Notes: generated by a model not told the origin, from the letters alone. A stretch of DNA of 64,000 bases from Pristiophorus japonicus (GCF_044704955.1 NC_091978.1:146196001-146260000), one strand, 5' to 3'. Positions 49,271-61,686 are shown, counted from the stretch's first letter. Made by a program: numbers and translations.

Positions 49271-51231
49271 TTGCATGATGTTCCTTTTATGGTTGCAGAC
49301 AAGCTGCACATTGAGGGAGTGGAAGACCTTGCAGTTCACAAACACTCCTGAATGATTGGGGAGTGCCTTGATGACCACATATGTGCAGTCGATGATGCCC
49401 TGCATCTTCGGGAAGCCAGCCAAAGCCATACAGCTCAGTAACACTGGCTTCATCAATGGCAAAGTTGACATAATGGGCTGATTTTTGAAATATGGCTAAT
49501 GTATCAGTGACTGGCCAATTGAGAGATCCTGCAAACGTCTGCTGCAGATCCCTGGAAGGAGCCTGAAGTGAAAAGGTTGAGGGGACTGGTGAATTTGACA
49601 GCCTCTGGTAACGCTTGTGTACCAGGACGTCTGGGCAGCAGGTCTTCTTCCAGCAGGCTACAAATGTCTCCAACAACCCGACACGATAGCCTGAGCCTCC
49701 TGAAGCACTGCTGCTCAGTCTTGTTGAGGAAGCTCATCCTCTGCCTGTATACCCTGTGTTGAGGGTATTACCTCTGGCACGCTGCAGCCCTGTGCAGACC
49801 CCCTCTCTTCTGTGGAGGGTTGAGGAAAAGGCTGCTGTTGTGGTTGCTGCTGCTGGTGTATCTGGGATTCATCTTGGTCTGATTCTGAGGTACAAGGTGA
49901 GACAGCATAAGTTGTACCTATGCTAATGTGATAGATGTCAGGTAAAGTGGAGATCAAGGGCCCAATCTTTCAATGTTGTGATAGTGATTAGCAATGTGGT
50001 AAGAGTGGCTTCTGAGGTTGCAGAAATGATCTGCTAACCCCTGACAACTAAATCTCTGCACAAAATGGAGTAAGCAAGACCCTTTCATTAGACAAGGAAG
50101 CAGGTGTAATGTGGGAGCATTTATGTGTTTTTCCCAGCTGTCAATGAATGAACTCGCACAATGGCCATTGAGCTTCCACTTCCCCTTTACAGGCATGGTT
50201 CGCAAGGTGCGTGAATCCCGTGCTCCAGAAGTTAAAGCCAAAACCTGCTGTTAAAAGACCTCTTAAGGGTGTCTCAACAAGCAGTTAAGTACTTCAATGA
50301 GGTCACCTGCCTCTCCCAAGCGGGTCCATAGCACGCTCAGAAATGTGCCCGAGTTAAATGCAGGATGATGGTGCCTTTCTGATGCACTGCCAACTTCCAC
50401 GATTTTTACTTTTGACCCGCCCCAAACCCACATGTTCAGGACTGGGAAAATTCCGGCCAAGCCTCCATTGCTTCTAGTAGTGCTGAATTCCTTGTGTTGC
50501 TTATACTCCCATATTTATAAAGTGCCATGATCCTTAATATATTACTGTTTCATTTTTTCTTCAGAATTTTCATTATCAAGAGGGATTGTGAGCAGAGCTG
50601 TCATTCTTTTTTTATTTCACCTCAATATTTTCCAGAAAAATGTACACCCAATACAGCTGTATTTCAAAAGTAGCTGTCTTTGGGGTTGCTGACGATTTTG
50701 TGTAGACTACTTTGCCTGCAGTATGATTTGATGCTGTATTCTTCCATGAAATGCTGTCTGTCACTGCAGATTTTTTTCCTGTCGGAACTTGCAGCTTTTG
50801 GCATCAGTGAACTGCACATTATAACATTCAGATTTTCAACATCTATCAGTTGCCATTGACATTTCAGACAGAATCTCCCCAACTCAAACACCTCTCAATC
50901 AGGACTAGCACTGCAGTGAAATGTCTCCAGTGCAAGGTCGTGTTCTTTGCAAAATGTAGAATACTGTCAGAATGTTTCACTTATGAGACAGTCCAATTTT
51001 TAAAAGTTATTTCTGTAGGGGCAAATGGTTGGCTTCAGAACTCATGTTTTGCTATGAGTCCAGTCGACCTAATGCTTGACCAAGCAGATATCAGAAGGAG
51101 TTACCTCTCAATAGCCCACATCACCTTTGCAGAATGAGTGAAGCTTGTGCTTCCGATCAGGAGTGACATCATGCAAACATGAAAACATTGATAATGAGAA
51201 AGAAATTTACATTTATATAGTGTCTTTCCAT

Positions 51232-52640
51232 GGGGCTGAATTTGGTCACCGCCCATTTCTCGGCGGCTCCCGGGCCTTTTTGCAGCCTGCTGTTGCCGGG
51301 TTCCATCAGGCTCTGCTGTGCGGGCTTCAGCGGCAGCGGCAGGCAGCGGCAGTCGCCGGGCGGGAGTGGGAGTGAGCGGGAGTGAGCGGCTGGCGTCATC
51401 AGTGTGCTGCAGTTGGAGGCCTCTCCACTCGGGGATCTTTGGAGAGCCTCCAATGCCCATGCGCGAGACTTTGCGATTTTAATTTGGTAGTTTTTGTCTT
51501 CTGACGTGTCATCATTTCTGGGCCGTTTGAGGCTGATTGCTGTACTACGTATGCGCATAAAGGCACACCACTTTATTCGATCTGTGAGTGTGAGAGGGGA
51601 GAGGACAGATTTGGAGGTTGGAGAGGACAGAGTTGGAGGTTGGAGAGGACAGAGTTGGAGGTTGCAGAAGAAAGAGTTGGAGGTCGCAGGGGAGAGAGTT
51701 GGAGGTTGCAGGGGGGACAGTCGGAGAAATTGAGACACACAAACTCTTGAGCACCCATTCATTCCATCATTGACAATGAGTGGCCAGAAATCAGCAAAGA
51801 AGACTGGTAAAACCAAGCCCAGAGCTCATGGTTTAATCAGCAGGAATTGGAGGAGCTCGAGAAGGAGGTGGAGCGCAGGTACAAAGACCTCAGCCAGGAT
51901 GGCCGTGGCAAGCCTCCACCACCCTGAGACACGAAGAAGAGGAGAGAGAGGAGGGAGAAGGGCCCATCTTTGAGCACCTTGAGCTCCAGGAGCAGGAACA
52001 GGATGACAGCAGCCTCCTGCCATGTGAGCCAGGTGTCAGCAGAACCTTGGCGTCAGCCTCCAAGTTACTGGGGTTTGGAACGGACTCCACACTGGCAAGC
52101 TCAACCAAGTGCAGAGGTCATGGCGCGAAGGCAAACAAGGCACCAGAACCCACCAGGAGCGAGCATGCACCTGAGGATTCACCACGGCTCTCTGAAATTC
52201 TGGAGATGGTCCAGCTATCACGGACAAGCATGTAGGTAGGTCACGATATGCTCCAGCCCATGACTGGGATAGCTGGCAGCAAGGCCACCTTCACCCAGCA
52301 GCATGATGACAAGATGGATGAAGAGCAGGAGACCCCAGCGCCTTCGGTCACACCCCGTGCCTTCTTACCAAGATGCACATGTCTGCAGACATCCCGCTGC
52401 CCTCCTGCACAACCTCATCAACCAGAGGCATTGGGGGGCAGGGGAGTGGGATGCCGTGGTATAGGTGGGGCGAGGAAGAGGAGCTTGCACATCGCTTCAA
52501 GGTGGGGGAAGAGAGGTGGTGGTGCTGGGTAGAGGGGTGGGTGTTGGTGGTGTAAATGTTTGTAAATGTAATAATGTTATTTAACCTTTGTTATTGTACA
52601 CTTATAAATACACTCACATTGTTGATCCTCTCTTGGAGAG
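51232..52640 (+). mobile_element. Remnant of a different Harbinger-type element with a Myb/SANT-like ORF start
   Basis: Left end ggggctgaatttgg; from 51776 across a frameshift MSGQKSAKKTGKTKPRA/WFNQQELEELEKEVERRYKDLSQDGRGKPPP; right end not found. Confidence 0.5.
51598..51726 (+). repeat. 22-bp purine-rich tandem repeat, about 6 units
   Basis: ggagaggacagagttggaggtt repeated, decaying toward the 3' end. Confidence 0.9.
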
Positions 52641-53447
52641 TGTCTGATTTTAACGTAATGTGTGGTGCCTTGTGAGAAACACACATCTGTCCCTCAGGTC
52701 ATCTATTTTATCAGGAATATCTTCCCATCCACATATAACTGCACTGTATAATATGTACAGTCATCAGGCCATCGCAACATGCTTTATGTGCTGTGAGGGT
52801 TATTCGATGTGCCAGATTAATTACATCTCTCAGAATAGACCTATGTCTGTCACCCCAACAAGGCACGCTGTATACAGGTCTTTTGTGATGAATCGGAACA
52901 GATTTTATGAAGTAGTTTCCTTGCAGTACAAAGAAAGACACATTAACAAGGCGATAGTGACAGTCTAGTTGTTGAATTCTCAACGGTAGGCCACTTGCCC
53001 TGTTCTATTGACCATAGTCCTTCCTCAGTTTGGTCTGTAATTGCGCTGCCCCTATAGTCGAATAGCTGTAATTTTATACCCTTTTCCTCCCATACAAATG
53101 TTGTCAGAGTCTGCAGCTGTCTCAGGCTTACAATAGATCATTCTAACCCTAACCCTCTCGCCTTCTATGTGATATATGGTGCTTCCCTGAGAACTCCTTG
53201 AAGGACTGTGTCACAGAATCAATTAATCAGCTTGGATAGACAAAATGTGACTTTTCACTTAACCATAACTATTTTGCCTTCACCATTGGGCTTCTCAATG
53301 AAGCTCTTTCAGCAAGGTCAAAGAAAAAAGTTTCTATCAGCCGAGACACATTTTAGTCGCATTTATCATATCCAAATTATACATGACTATCAGCAATAAA
53401 GTAAAGCAACATCCACCTAACATTTTTCCAACAGTCCCACTCATGAT

Positions 53448-53790
53448 GGCCCAGAATCTGCACCATAACCACGATGTGCAGTGCTGCAGCACTCGGAGCC
53501 CTTCTCCCTGCCGCCCGATGCACGGCCAGATCAGACCTGGTTTTTGTGAGCGGTCCTTCTGGCGAGCAGCAGGTCGATCTGAGGCCAGCATCCCTGACCA
53601 AAATGGCTGATTTGGAGTATCCAGCACGGGCGGGCGGCATGACGTCGCGCCGGCGGATCCCTCCATGACCAATCTCACGCTGGGCAAAACCTGGACGGCA
53701 GATGGGCGTTTCCGGAGGAATCACCCAGAAAACGTACATTTCCAGTGGATCCTCGGCGGCTGCGGGCGCAACCTGCACCAAATTCGGCCC
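53448..53790. mobile_element. CpG-rich MITE
   Basis: Ends ggcccagaatctg / caaattcggccc; flanked by TCATGAT on both sides. Confidence 0.65.
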
Positions 53791-53835
53791 TCATGATTCT
53801 ACAATTCAAAAACCTGTTCTATAAGATTCTATGAC

Positions 53836-54453
53836 GGGGGGGGGGGGGGAATTGGGGTCATTTGCACCACCTGTTAGCGCCCCCAGGAGCACTAACATGG
53901 CACAAATGACTTTACGACTGGGCACGGCACCGCTAGCTACTCCTGCTAAATTAGGCAAGAGTTTAACGGCAGCGCTACGGTGTTGCACCCAAACTCCTGC
54001 GTCCAGAGATGGTGACATCATCGCTGTGCACATTGCCTCGTTAGCACCCTGGTACCTGAATTGGGTTTCGCCCCCTAAAGCTGCGCCGGCCGATAACAGC
54101 GACAGCTTCAGGGACACATACCTAGCGGCTGGCCGCTATTGGGGCAACATTTAAATGGGAGGTGGCTGGTTGCTGCTGAAAGAAAAACCAAGCAGATCGC
54201 GTGGCACCCCCGCTTTCCTGTGGTCCAGGTAGGTGGGTTCCTATTCTGCAGTGTATGCAGCTTGGGCCCTTGCCATTAATTCAGGGAAGAGCCTCTCATG
54301 CGCGAACCAGTGCATAGCTCTGCTGAATCGAGCGCGCCGTACCCGCCCCAGAAAAGAAGTGGAGAGCTTGATATAGCTCTCCACTTTCTTTCGGGGTGGT
54401 AACCCCAATTTATTGTGAGGGCGAGACTGCTGTGCCTGGCGGTACCCAATTTC
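53836..54453. mobile_element. GC-rich MITE family copy 3
   Basis: (g)n-aattggggtcatttgcaccacctgttagcgc...cccaatttc; colinear with 25343-26077. Confidence 0.75.
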
Positions 54454-54574
54454 TTTATTTTTAAACTTGGTGGAACACATAAATGTTTAAGGCATTTCTT
54501 ATCAAGCATTTTCACTTTGCGTGGATACTTGAGTGGGTCGTCTCTGGCTGAATTATTAAGGATCGATAAGAGAT

Positions 54575-56222
54575 CTTACGGGAAACAACTGAAACTGTAA
54601 GAGAAGGAATAACCATCCGTGGCTAACTAAGTAGATAAGGGATGGTATCAAATTGAAAACAAGGGCATAAAATGTGGCCAAGACTAGTGGGAGGCCAGAA
54701 GATTGGGAAACTTTGAAAAGCCAGCAAAGAATGATTAAAAAAATGATAGAGAGGGACGATAGATTATTAAAGTAAACTAGCACAAAATATTAAAACAGAT
54801 AGCAAGAGTTTCTACCAGTACACAAAAAGGAAAAGAATGGCTAAAGTAAATGTTGGTCCCCCAGAGGATGAGACTAGGAAATTAATAATGGAAAACAGGG
54901 AAATGGCAGAGACGTTGAACAAATATTCACAGTAGAAGACACTAAAAACATCCCAATAGTGGATAATCAAGGGGCTAAAGGGAGGGAGGAACTTAATACA
55001 ATCACTATTACTAATGAAGTAGTGCTCGGTAAAATAATGGGACTAAAGGTGGACAAGTATCCTGGACCTGATGGCTTACATCCTAGGGTCTTAAAAGAAG
55101 TGGCTGCAGAGATAGTGGATTGGTTATAATCTACCAAAATTCCCTGGATTCTGGGGCAGTCCCAGCAGATTGGAAAACGGCAAATGTAACGCCCCTATTT
55201 AAAAAAGGAGGCAGACAAAAATCAGGAAACTATAGACCAGTTAGCCTAACATCTGTCATTGGGAAAATGCTGGAGTCCATTATTAAGGAAGCAGTAGCGG
55301 GACATTTTGAAAAGCATAATTCAATCAAGTAGAGTCAGCATGGTTTTATGAAAGGGAAATCATGTTTGACGAATTTGCTGGAGTTCTTTGAGGATGTAAT
55401 GAGCAGGGTGGATAAGGAGGAACCAGTGGATGTGGTGTATTTGGATTTCCAGAAGGCATTCGATCAGGTGCCACATAAAAGGTTACTGCACAAAATAAAA
55501 GTTCACCGGGTTGGGAGTAATATATTCGCATAGATAGAGGATTGGCTAACTAATAGAAAACAAAGAGTTGGGATAAATGGGTAATTTTCCAGTTGGCCAT
55601 CAGTGACTAGTGGGATGCCGCAGGAATGGGTGCTGAGGCTTCAACTATATTAACATTCTATATTAATGACTTGGATGAAGGGACCGAGTGTAATGGAGCC
55701 AAGTTTGCTGATGATACAAAGATGGGTGGGAAAGCAAATTGTGAGGAGGACACAAAAAATCTGCAAAGGGATATAGACAGACTAAGTGAGTGGGCAAAAT
55801 TTTGGCAGATGGAGTATAATGTGGGAAAATGTGAGGTTATTCACTTTGGTAGAAAAAATAGTAAAGGAAATTATAATTTAAACGGAAAAAAAATTGCAAA
55901 GTGCTGCAGTAAAGAGGGTCTTGGGATCCTTGCGCATGAAACACAAAAAGTTAGTATGCAGGTACAGGAATTAATCAGGAAGGCAAATGGAATGTTGACC
56001 TTTATTGCAAGGGGGATAGAGTATAAAAGCAGAGAAGTCCTGCTACAACTGTACAAGGTATTGGTGAAGCCACACCTAGAGTACTGCATACAGTTTTGGG
56101 CTCCATATTTAAGGAAGGATGTACTTGCATTGGACACTGTTCAGAGAAGGTTCTCTCGGTTGATTCTGGAGATGAGCGAGTTGACTTATGAGGATAAGTT
56201 GAGTAAGTTGGACTTATATACT
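54575..56222 (+). mobile_element. CR1-C ORF2 fragment, 3'-truncated
   Basis: ORFs 55120, 55348 and 55626-56228 (AKFADDTKMGGKANCEED, LVKPHLEYCIQFW). Confidence 0.93.
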
Positions 56223-56227
56223 GGTTA

Positions 56228-56745
56228 GGTTCCGGCTTGCGTATTGTGTCCAATTCTGGGCACTACAATTTAGGAAGGATGTCAAGGCCTTAGAGAGGGT
56301 GCACAAGAGATTTACTAGAATGGTACCATGGATGCAGGACTTCACTTACATGGAGAGACTGGAGAACCTGGAGTTGTTCTGCTTAGACCAGAGAAAAGTT
56401 AAGGGGAGATTTGATAGAAGAGTTCAGAATCATGAAGGGTCATAGAACGGTTGGTAACCAGAGGACACAGAGCTATGGTAATTAACAAAAGAACCAGAGC
56501 GAGATGAGGACCATTTGTTTTATGCAGTAAGTTGTTTTATCTGGAATGCACCGTTTGTAAGGGTGGTGGAAGCAGATTCAATAATAACTTTTGAAAGGAG
56601 ATTAGATAAATACTTGAAGGTGATATATTTGCAAGGCTATGGGGAAAAGACGGGAATGGGACTAATTGGACAGCTCTTTCAAAGAGGTGGCACAGGGCAT
56701 GATGGGCTGAATAGCCTCCTATGCTGAATCATTCTATGATTCTAA
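56228..56745 (+). mobile_element. Older CR1 3' fragment (another subfamily)
   Basis: gtattgtgtccaattctggg...ggggagatttgataga...; tail attctatgattct. Confidence 0.8.
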
Positions 56746-56794
56746 GAAGTCATTAGAATAACCTACAATTTGTTCACCAAACTTCAACGTTTAA

Positions 56795-57150
56795 AATAGA
56801 AAAGAGAAGGCTGTGGGCTACCCTGATAGAGGTCTTAGGGGGAGGCCAAAACTAGGGGCTATGAATATAAGATAATCACTAATTAATCCAATAGGAAATT
56901 CAGGAGAAATGTCTTTACCCAGAGAGTCGTTATTGTGGAATTTGTTACCACAAGGAGTAGTTGAGGCAAATAGCATAGACTTAAGGGAAAGCGTGATAAC
57001 ACATGAGGGAGAAAGGAATAAAAGGTTATGCTGATAGGGTTAGATGAAGAGAGGTGGGAGAAGGCTCATGTGGAGCATAAACACCACCATGGACCAGTTG
57101 GGCAGAATGGCCTGTTTCTGTGCTGTACATTCTGTGTAATTCTATGTAAA
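56795..57150 (+). mobile_element. CR1-B-like 3' fragment
   Basis: gaaaagagaaggctg...tggagcataaacacc...ggcctgtttctgtgctgta...ttctatgtaa. Confidence 0.8.
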
Positions 57151-57255
57151 ATAATATTAGTTTATAGCAAACCTTGCCACATTGTAGTAACCTCATAACA
57201 TGGTAAAGTAGATGAAGTGGTGCTGTTGCTTGTCTAGTTTTCATGAGCATCTCTT

Positions 57256-57347
57256 GGGATAGATCTTGACTTTGAGTGATCGTGTAAAATGGGCTGCTGA
57301 CTCGCTATCACTGGTTTTAAACTATTGCAAAAGTCAAGATTTATCCC
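57256..57347. mobile_element. 92-bp MITE with CTT TSD
   Basis: TIR gggatagatcttgacttt / aaagtcaagatttatccc; CTT at 57253-57255 and 57348-57350. Confidence 0.85.
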
Positions 57348-57762
57348 CTTGTCTCACAACATTATTGGTTCATAGTCAGCACTGGAGATGCCATTGAAGA
57401 TAGAGGCTTTTTGGCTGTTAGTTGCTTTGTAGTTTACCCGCCTGTAAAGGCCAGTGAAACGATTTAACATTTATTGTCATGTAGAAACCTTCTGCATCCA
57501 ATCAACAACTGGATATAGAGATTTAAGGACAAATGTACATAATGTACATTAATCATAAGAACTCAAGGTATTGTTGCTTAAATCTGAAACCAGATTGTAA
57601 TCTATGTTTGGTCAATCTTTGTACTACACTAGCTGTCACAGCCAAGGGGGTAAGTGATTGGCTGGTGATTGGTGAGTAGCTTTTCTTTTTCTTTCTCTTC
57701 GATAACAGTGAGTAACTTTTAACATTGTTGTTGCCAATTTAAGTGTATCTAAGGGTTAAGTC

Positions 57763-58710
57763 ATGGCAGGAGAGCTCGGTCACGTGATATGCTCCTCCTG
57801 TACCATGTGGGAACTCAGGGACGCTTCTGGTGTCCCTGACGACTACATCTGCGGAAAGTGTATCCGCCTCCAGCTCCTGACGGACCGCGTTGCAGAATTG
57901 GAGCTGAGGGTGGATTCACTCTGGAGCATCCACGATGCTGAGAACGATGTGAGTAGCACGTATAGCGAGTTGGTCTTACTGCAGGAGAAGGGTCCACAGC
58001 CAGATAGGGAATGGAAGACCAGCAGGAAGAGCAGTGCAAGGAAGGTAGTGCAGGGGTCCCCTGTGGTCATCCCCCTGCAAAACAGATACACCACTTTGAG
58101 TGCTGTTGAGGGGGATGACTCATCAGGGGAGGGCAGCAGCAGCCAAGTTCATGGCATCGTGGCTGGCTCTGTTGCACAGGAGGGCAGGAAAAAGAGTGGG
58201 AGAGCGATAGTGATAGGGGATTCAATTGTGAGGGGAATAGATAGGCGTTTCTGCGGCCGCAACCGAGACTCCAGGATGGTATGTTGCCTCCCTGGTGCAA
58301 GGGTCAAGGATGTCTCGGAGCGGGTGCAGGACATTCTGAAAAGGGAGGGAGAACAGCCAGTTGTTGTGGTGCACATTGGTACCAACGACATAGGTAAAAA
58401 AAGGGATGAGGTCCTACGAAATGAATTTAAGGAGCTAGGAGCTAAATTAAAAAGTAGGACCTCAAAAGTAGTAATCTCGGGATTGCTACCAGTGTCACAT
58501 GCTAGACAGAGTAGGAATCGCAGGAGAGCACAGATGAATACGTGGCTTGAACAGTGGTGCAGCAGGGAGGGATTCAAATTCCTGGGGCATTGGAACCGGT
58601 TCTGGGGGAGGTGGGACCAGTACAAACCGGACGGCCTGCACCTGGGCAGGACCGGATCCAATGTCCGAGGGGGAGTGTTTGCTAGTGCTGTTGGGGAGGA
58701 GTTAAACTAA
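57763..58710 (+). CDS. CR1 ORF1p: Zn finger, leucine zipper, SGNH esterase domain (315 aa, open)
   Basis: CSSC..CGKC, LTDRVAELELRVDSL, VIGDSIVR, CLPGA, HIGTND, DGLH motifs; ATG to TAA uninterrupted. Confidence 0.9.
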   Translation: MAGELGHVICSSCTMWELRDASGVPDDYICGKCIRLQLLTDRVAELELRVDSLWSIHDAENDVSSTYSELVLLQEKGPQPDREWKTSRKSSARKVVQGSPVVIPLQNRYTTLSAVEGDDSSGEGSSSQVHGIVAGSVAQEGRKKSGRAIVIGDSIVRGIDRRFCGRNRDSRMVCCLPGARVKDVSERVQDILKREGEQPVVVVHIGTNDIGKKRDEVLRNEFKELGAKLKSRTSKVVISGLLPVSHARQSRNRRRAQMNTWLEQWCSREGFKFLGHWNRFWGRWDQYKPDGLHLGRTGSNVRGGVFASAVGEELN

Positions 58711-58787
58711 TATGGCAGGGGGATGGGAACCAATGCAGGGAGACAGAGGGAAACAAAAATGAGGCAAAAGCAAAAGACAGAAAGGAG

Positions 58788-61686
58788 ATGAGGAAAAGTG
58801 GAGGGCAGAGAAACCAAAGGCAAAGAACAAAAAGGGCCACTGTACAGCAAAATTCAAAAAGGACAAAGGGTGCTAAAAAAACAAGCCTGAAGGCTTTGTG
58901 TCTTAATGCAAGGAGTATCCGCAATAAGGTGGATGAATTAACTGTGCAAATAGATGTTAACAAATATGATGTGATTGGGATTACGGAGACGTGGCTCCAG
59001 GATGATCAGGGCTGGGAACTCAACATCCAGGGGTATTCAACATTCAGGAAGGATAGAATAAAAGGAAAAGGAGGTGGGGTAGCATTGCTGGTTAAAGAGG
59101 AGATTAATGCAATAGTTAGGAAAGACATTAGCTTGGATGATGTGAAATCTATATGGGTAGAGCTGCAGAACACCAAAGGGCAAAAAACGTTAGTGGGAGT
59201 TGTGTACAGACCTCCAAACAGTAGTAGTGATGTTGGGGAGGGCATCAAACAGGAAATTAGGGGTGCATGCAATAAAGGTGCAGCAGTTATAATGGGTGAC
59301 TTTAATATGCACATAGATTGGGCTATCCAAACGGGAAGCAATACGGTCGAGGAGGATTTCCTGGAGTGCATAAGGGATAGTTTTCTAGACCAATATGTTG
59401 AGGAACCAACTAGGGGGGAGGCCATCTTAGACTGGGTGTTGTGTAATGAGAGAGGATTAATTAGCAATCTCATTGTGCGAGGCCCCTTGGGGAAGAGTGA
59501 CCATAATATGGTGGAATTCTGCATTTGGATGGAGAATGAAACAGTTAATTCAGAGACCATGGTTCAGAACTTAAAGAAGGGTAACTTTGAAGGTATGAGG
59601 CGTGAATTGGCTCGGATAGATTAGTGAATGATAATTAAGGGGTTGACTGTGGATGGGCAATGGCAGACATTTAGAGAGCGCATGAATGAACGACAACAAT
59701 TGTACATTCCTGTCTGGCGTAAAAATAAAAAAGGGAAGGTGGCTCAACCGTAGCTATCAAGGGAAATCAGGGATAGTATTAAAGCCAAGGAAGTGGCATA
59801 CAAATTGGCCAGAAATAGCAGCGAACCCAGGACTGGGAGAAATTTAGAACTCAGCAGAGGAGGACAAAGGGTTTGATTAGGGCAGGGAAAATGGAGTACG
59901 AGAAGATGCTTGCAGGGAACATTAAGACGGATTGCAAAAGTTTCTATAGATATGTAAAGAAAAAAAGGTTAGTAAAGACAAACGTAGGTCCTCTGCAGTC
60001 AGAATCAGGGGAAGTCATAACGGGGAACAAAGAAATGCAGACCAATTGAACAAGTACTTTGGTTCGGTATTCACTAAGGAGGACACAAACAACCTTCCGG
60101 ATATAAAAGGGGTCAGAGGGTCTAGTGAGGAGGAGAAACTAAGGGAAATCTTTATTAGTCGGGAAATTGTGTTGGGAAAATTGATGGGAATGATGGCAAA
60201 TAAATCCCCAGGGCCTGATGGACTGCATCCCAGAGTACTTAAGGAGGTGGCCTTGGAAATAGCAGATGCATTGACAGTCATTTTCCAACATTCCATTGAC
60301 TCTGGATCAGTTCCTATCGAGTGGAGGGTAGCCAATGTAACCCCACTTTTTAAAAAAGGAGGGAGAGAGAAAACAGGAAATTATAGACCGGTCAGCCTGA
60401 CCTCAGTAATGGGTAAAATGATGGAATCAATTATTAAGGATGTCATAGCAGCGCATTTGGAAAGAGGTGACATGATAGGTCCAAGTCAGCATGGATTTGT
60501 GAAAGGGAAATCATGCTTGACAAAACTTCTGGAATTTTCTGAGGATGTTTCCAGTAAAGTGGACAAGGGAGAACTAGTTGATGTGGTATATTTGGACTTT
60601 CAGAAGGCTTTCGACAAGGTCCCACACAAGAGATTAATGTGCAAAGTTAAAGAACATGGGATTACGGGTAGTGTGCTGACGTGGATTGCGAATTGGTTGT
60701 CAGACAGGAAGCAAAGAGTAGGAGTAAATGGGTACTTTTCAGAATGGCAGGCAGTGACTAGTGGGGTACCGCAAGGTTCTGTGCTGGGACCCCAGCTGTT
60801 TACATTGTACATTAATGATTTAGATGAGGGGATTAAATGCAGTATCTCCAAATTTGCGGATGACACTAAGTTGGGTGGCAGTGTGAGCTGCGAGGAGGAT
60901 GCTATGAGGCTGCAGAGTGACTTGGATAGGTTAGGTGAGTGGGCAAATGCATGGCAGATGAAGTATAATGTGGATAAATGTGAGGTTATCCACTTTGTTG
61001 GTAAAAACAGAGAGACAGACCATTATCTGAATGGTGACAGATTAGGAAAAGGGGAGGTGCAACGAGACCTGGGTGTCATGGTACATCAGTCATTGAAGGT
61101 TGGCATGCAGGTACAGAAGGCGGTTAAGAAAGCAAATGGCATGTTGGCCTTCATAGCGAGGGGATTTGAGTACAGGGGCAGGGAGGTGTTACTACAGTTG
61201 TACAGGGCCTTGGTGAGGCCACACCTTACGTATTGTGTACAGTTTTGGTCTCCTAACTTGAGGAAGGACATTCTTGCTATTGAGGGAGTGCAGCAAAGAT
61301 TCACCAGACCGGGATGGTGGGACTGACCTATCAAGAAGGACTGGATCAACTGGGCTTATATTCACTGGAGTTCAGAAGAATGAGAGGGGACCTCATTGAA
61401 ACGTTCAAAATTCTGATGGGTTTAGACAGGTTAGATGCAGGAAGAATGTTCCCAATGTTGGGGAAGTCCAGAATCAGGGGTCACAGTCTCAGGATAAGGG
61501 GTAAGCCATTTAGGACCGAGATGAGGAGAAACTTCTTCACCTAGAGAGTGGTGAACCTGTGGAATTCTCTACCACAGAAAGTAGTTGAGGCCAATTCACT
61601 AAATATATTCAAAAGTGAGTTAGATGAAGTCCTTACTACTAGGGGGATCAAGGGGTATGGCGAGAAAGCAGGAAGTGGGTACTGAT
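58788..61686 (+). pseudogene. CR1 ORF2 (endonuclease-reverse transcriptase), disrupted
   Basis: CLNARS, GITETWL, MGDFN, SDH in 58788-59624; RT in 60046-61326; stops at about 59622, 59751 and 61542 plus frameshifts. Confidence 0.95.

Larger units (their letters stand above)
48447..49957 (-). pseudogene. HARBI1-like Harbinger transposase, fragmented
   Basis: [30 protein letters not shown]; AGFPKMQGIIDCTYV; NCKVFHSLNVQLVC; VIEEAIVMLKMRFRCLDRSGGALQYS; acidic C-terminus; central segment deleted. Confidence 0.92.
42932..50458. mobile_element. Full-length decayed PIF/Harbinger DNA transposon with convergent Myb/SANT and transposase genes
   Basis: Imperfect TIRs ggtcagaatct / aaattccggcc; plus-strand Myb/SANT gene and minus-strand HARBI1-like DDE transposase; three nested CR1 pieces. 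Confidence 0.85.

Noticed and set aside
48447-49957. Domesticated host HARBI1 gene
   Set aside because: Frameshifts, a deleted central segment, CR1 insertions and flanking TIRs show a dead transposon.
53143-53156. Interstitial telomeric repeat
   Set aside because: Only about two CCCTAA units, too short to distinguish from chance.
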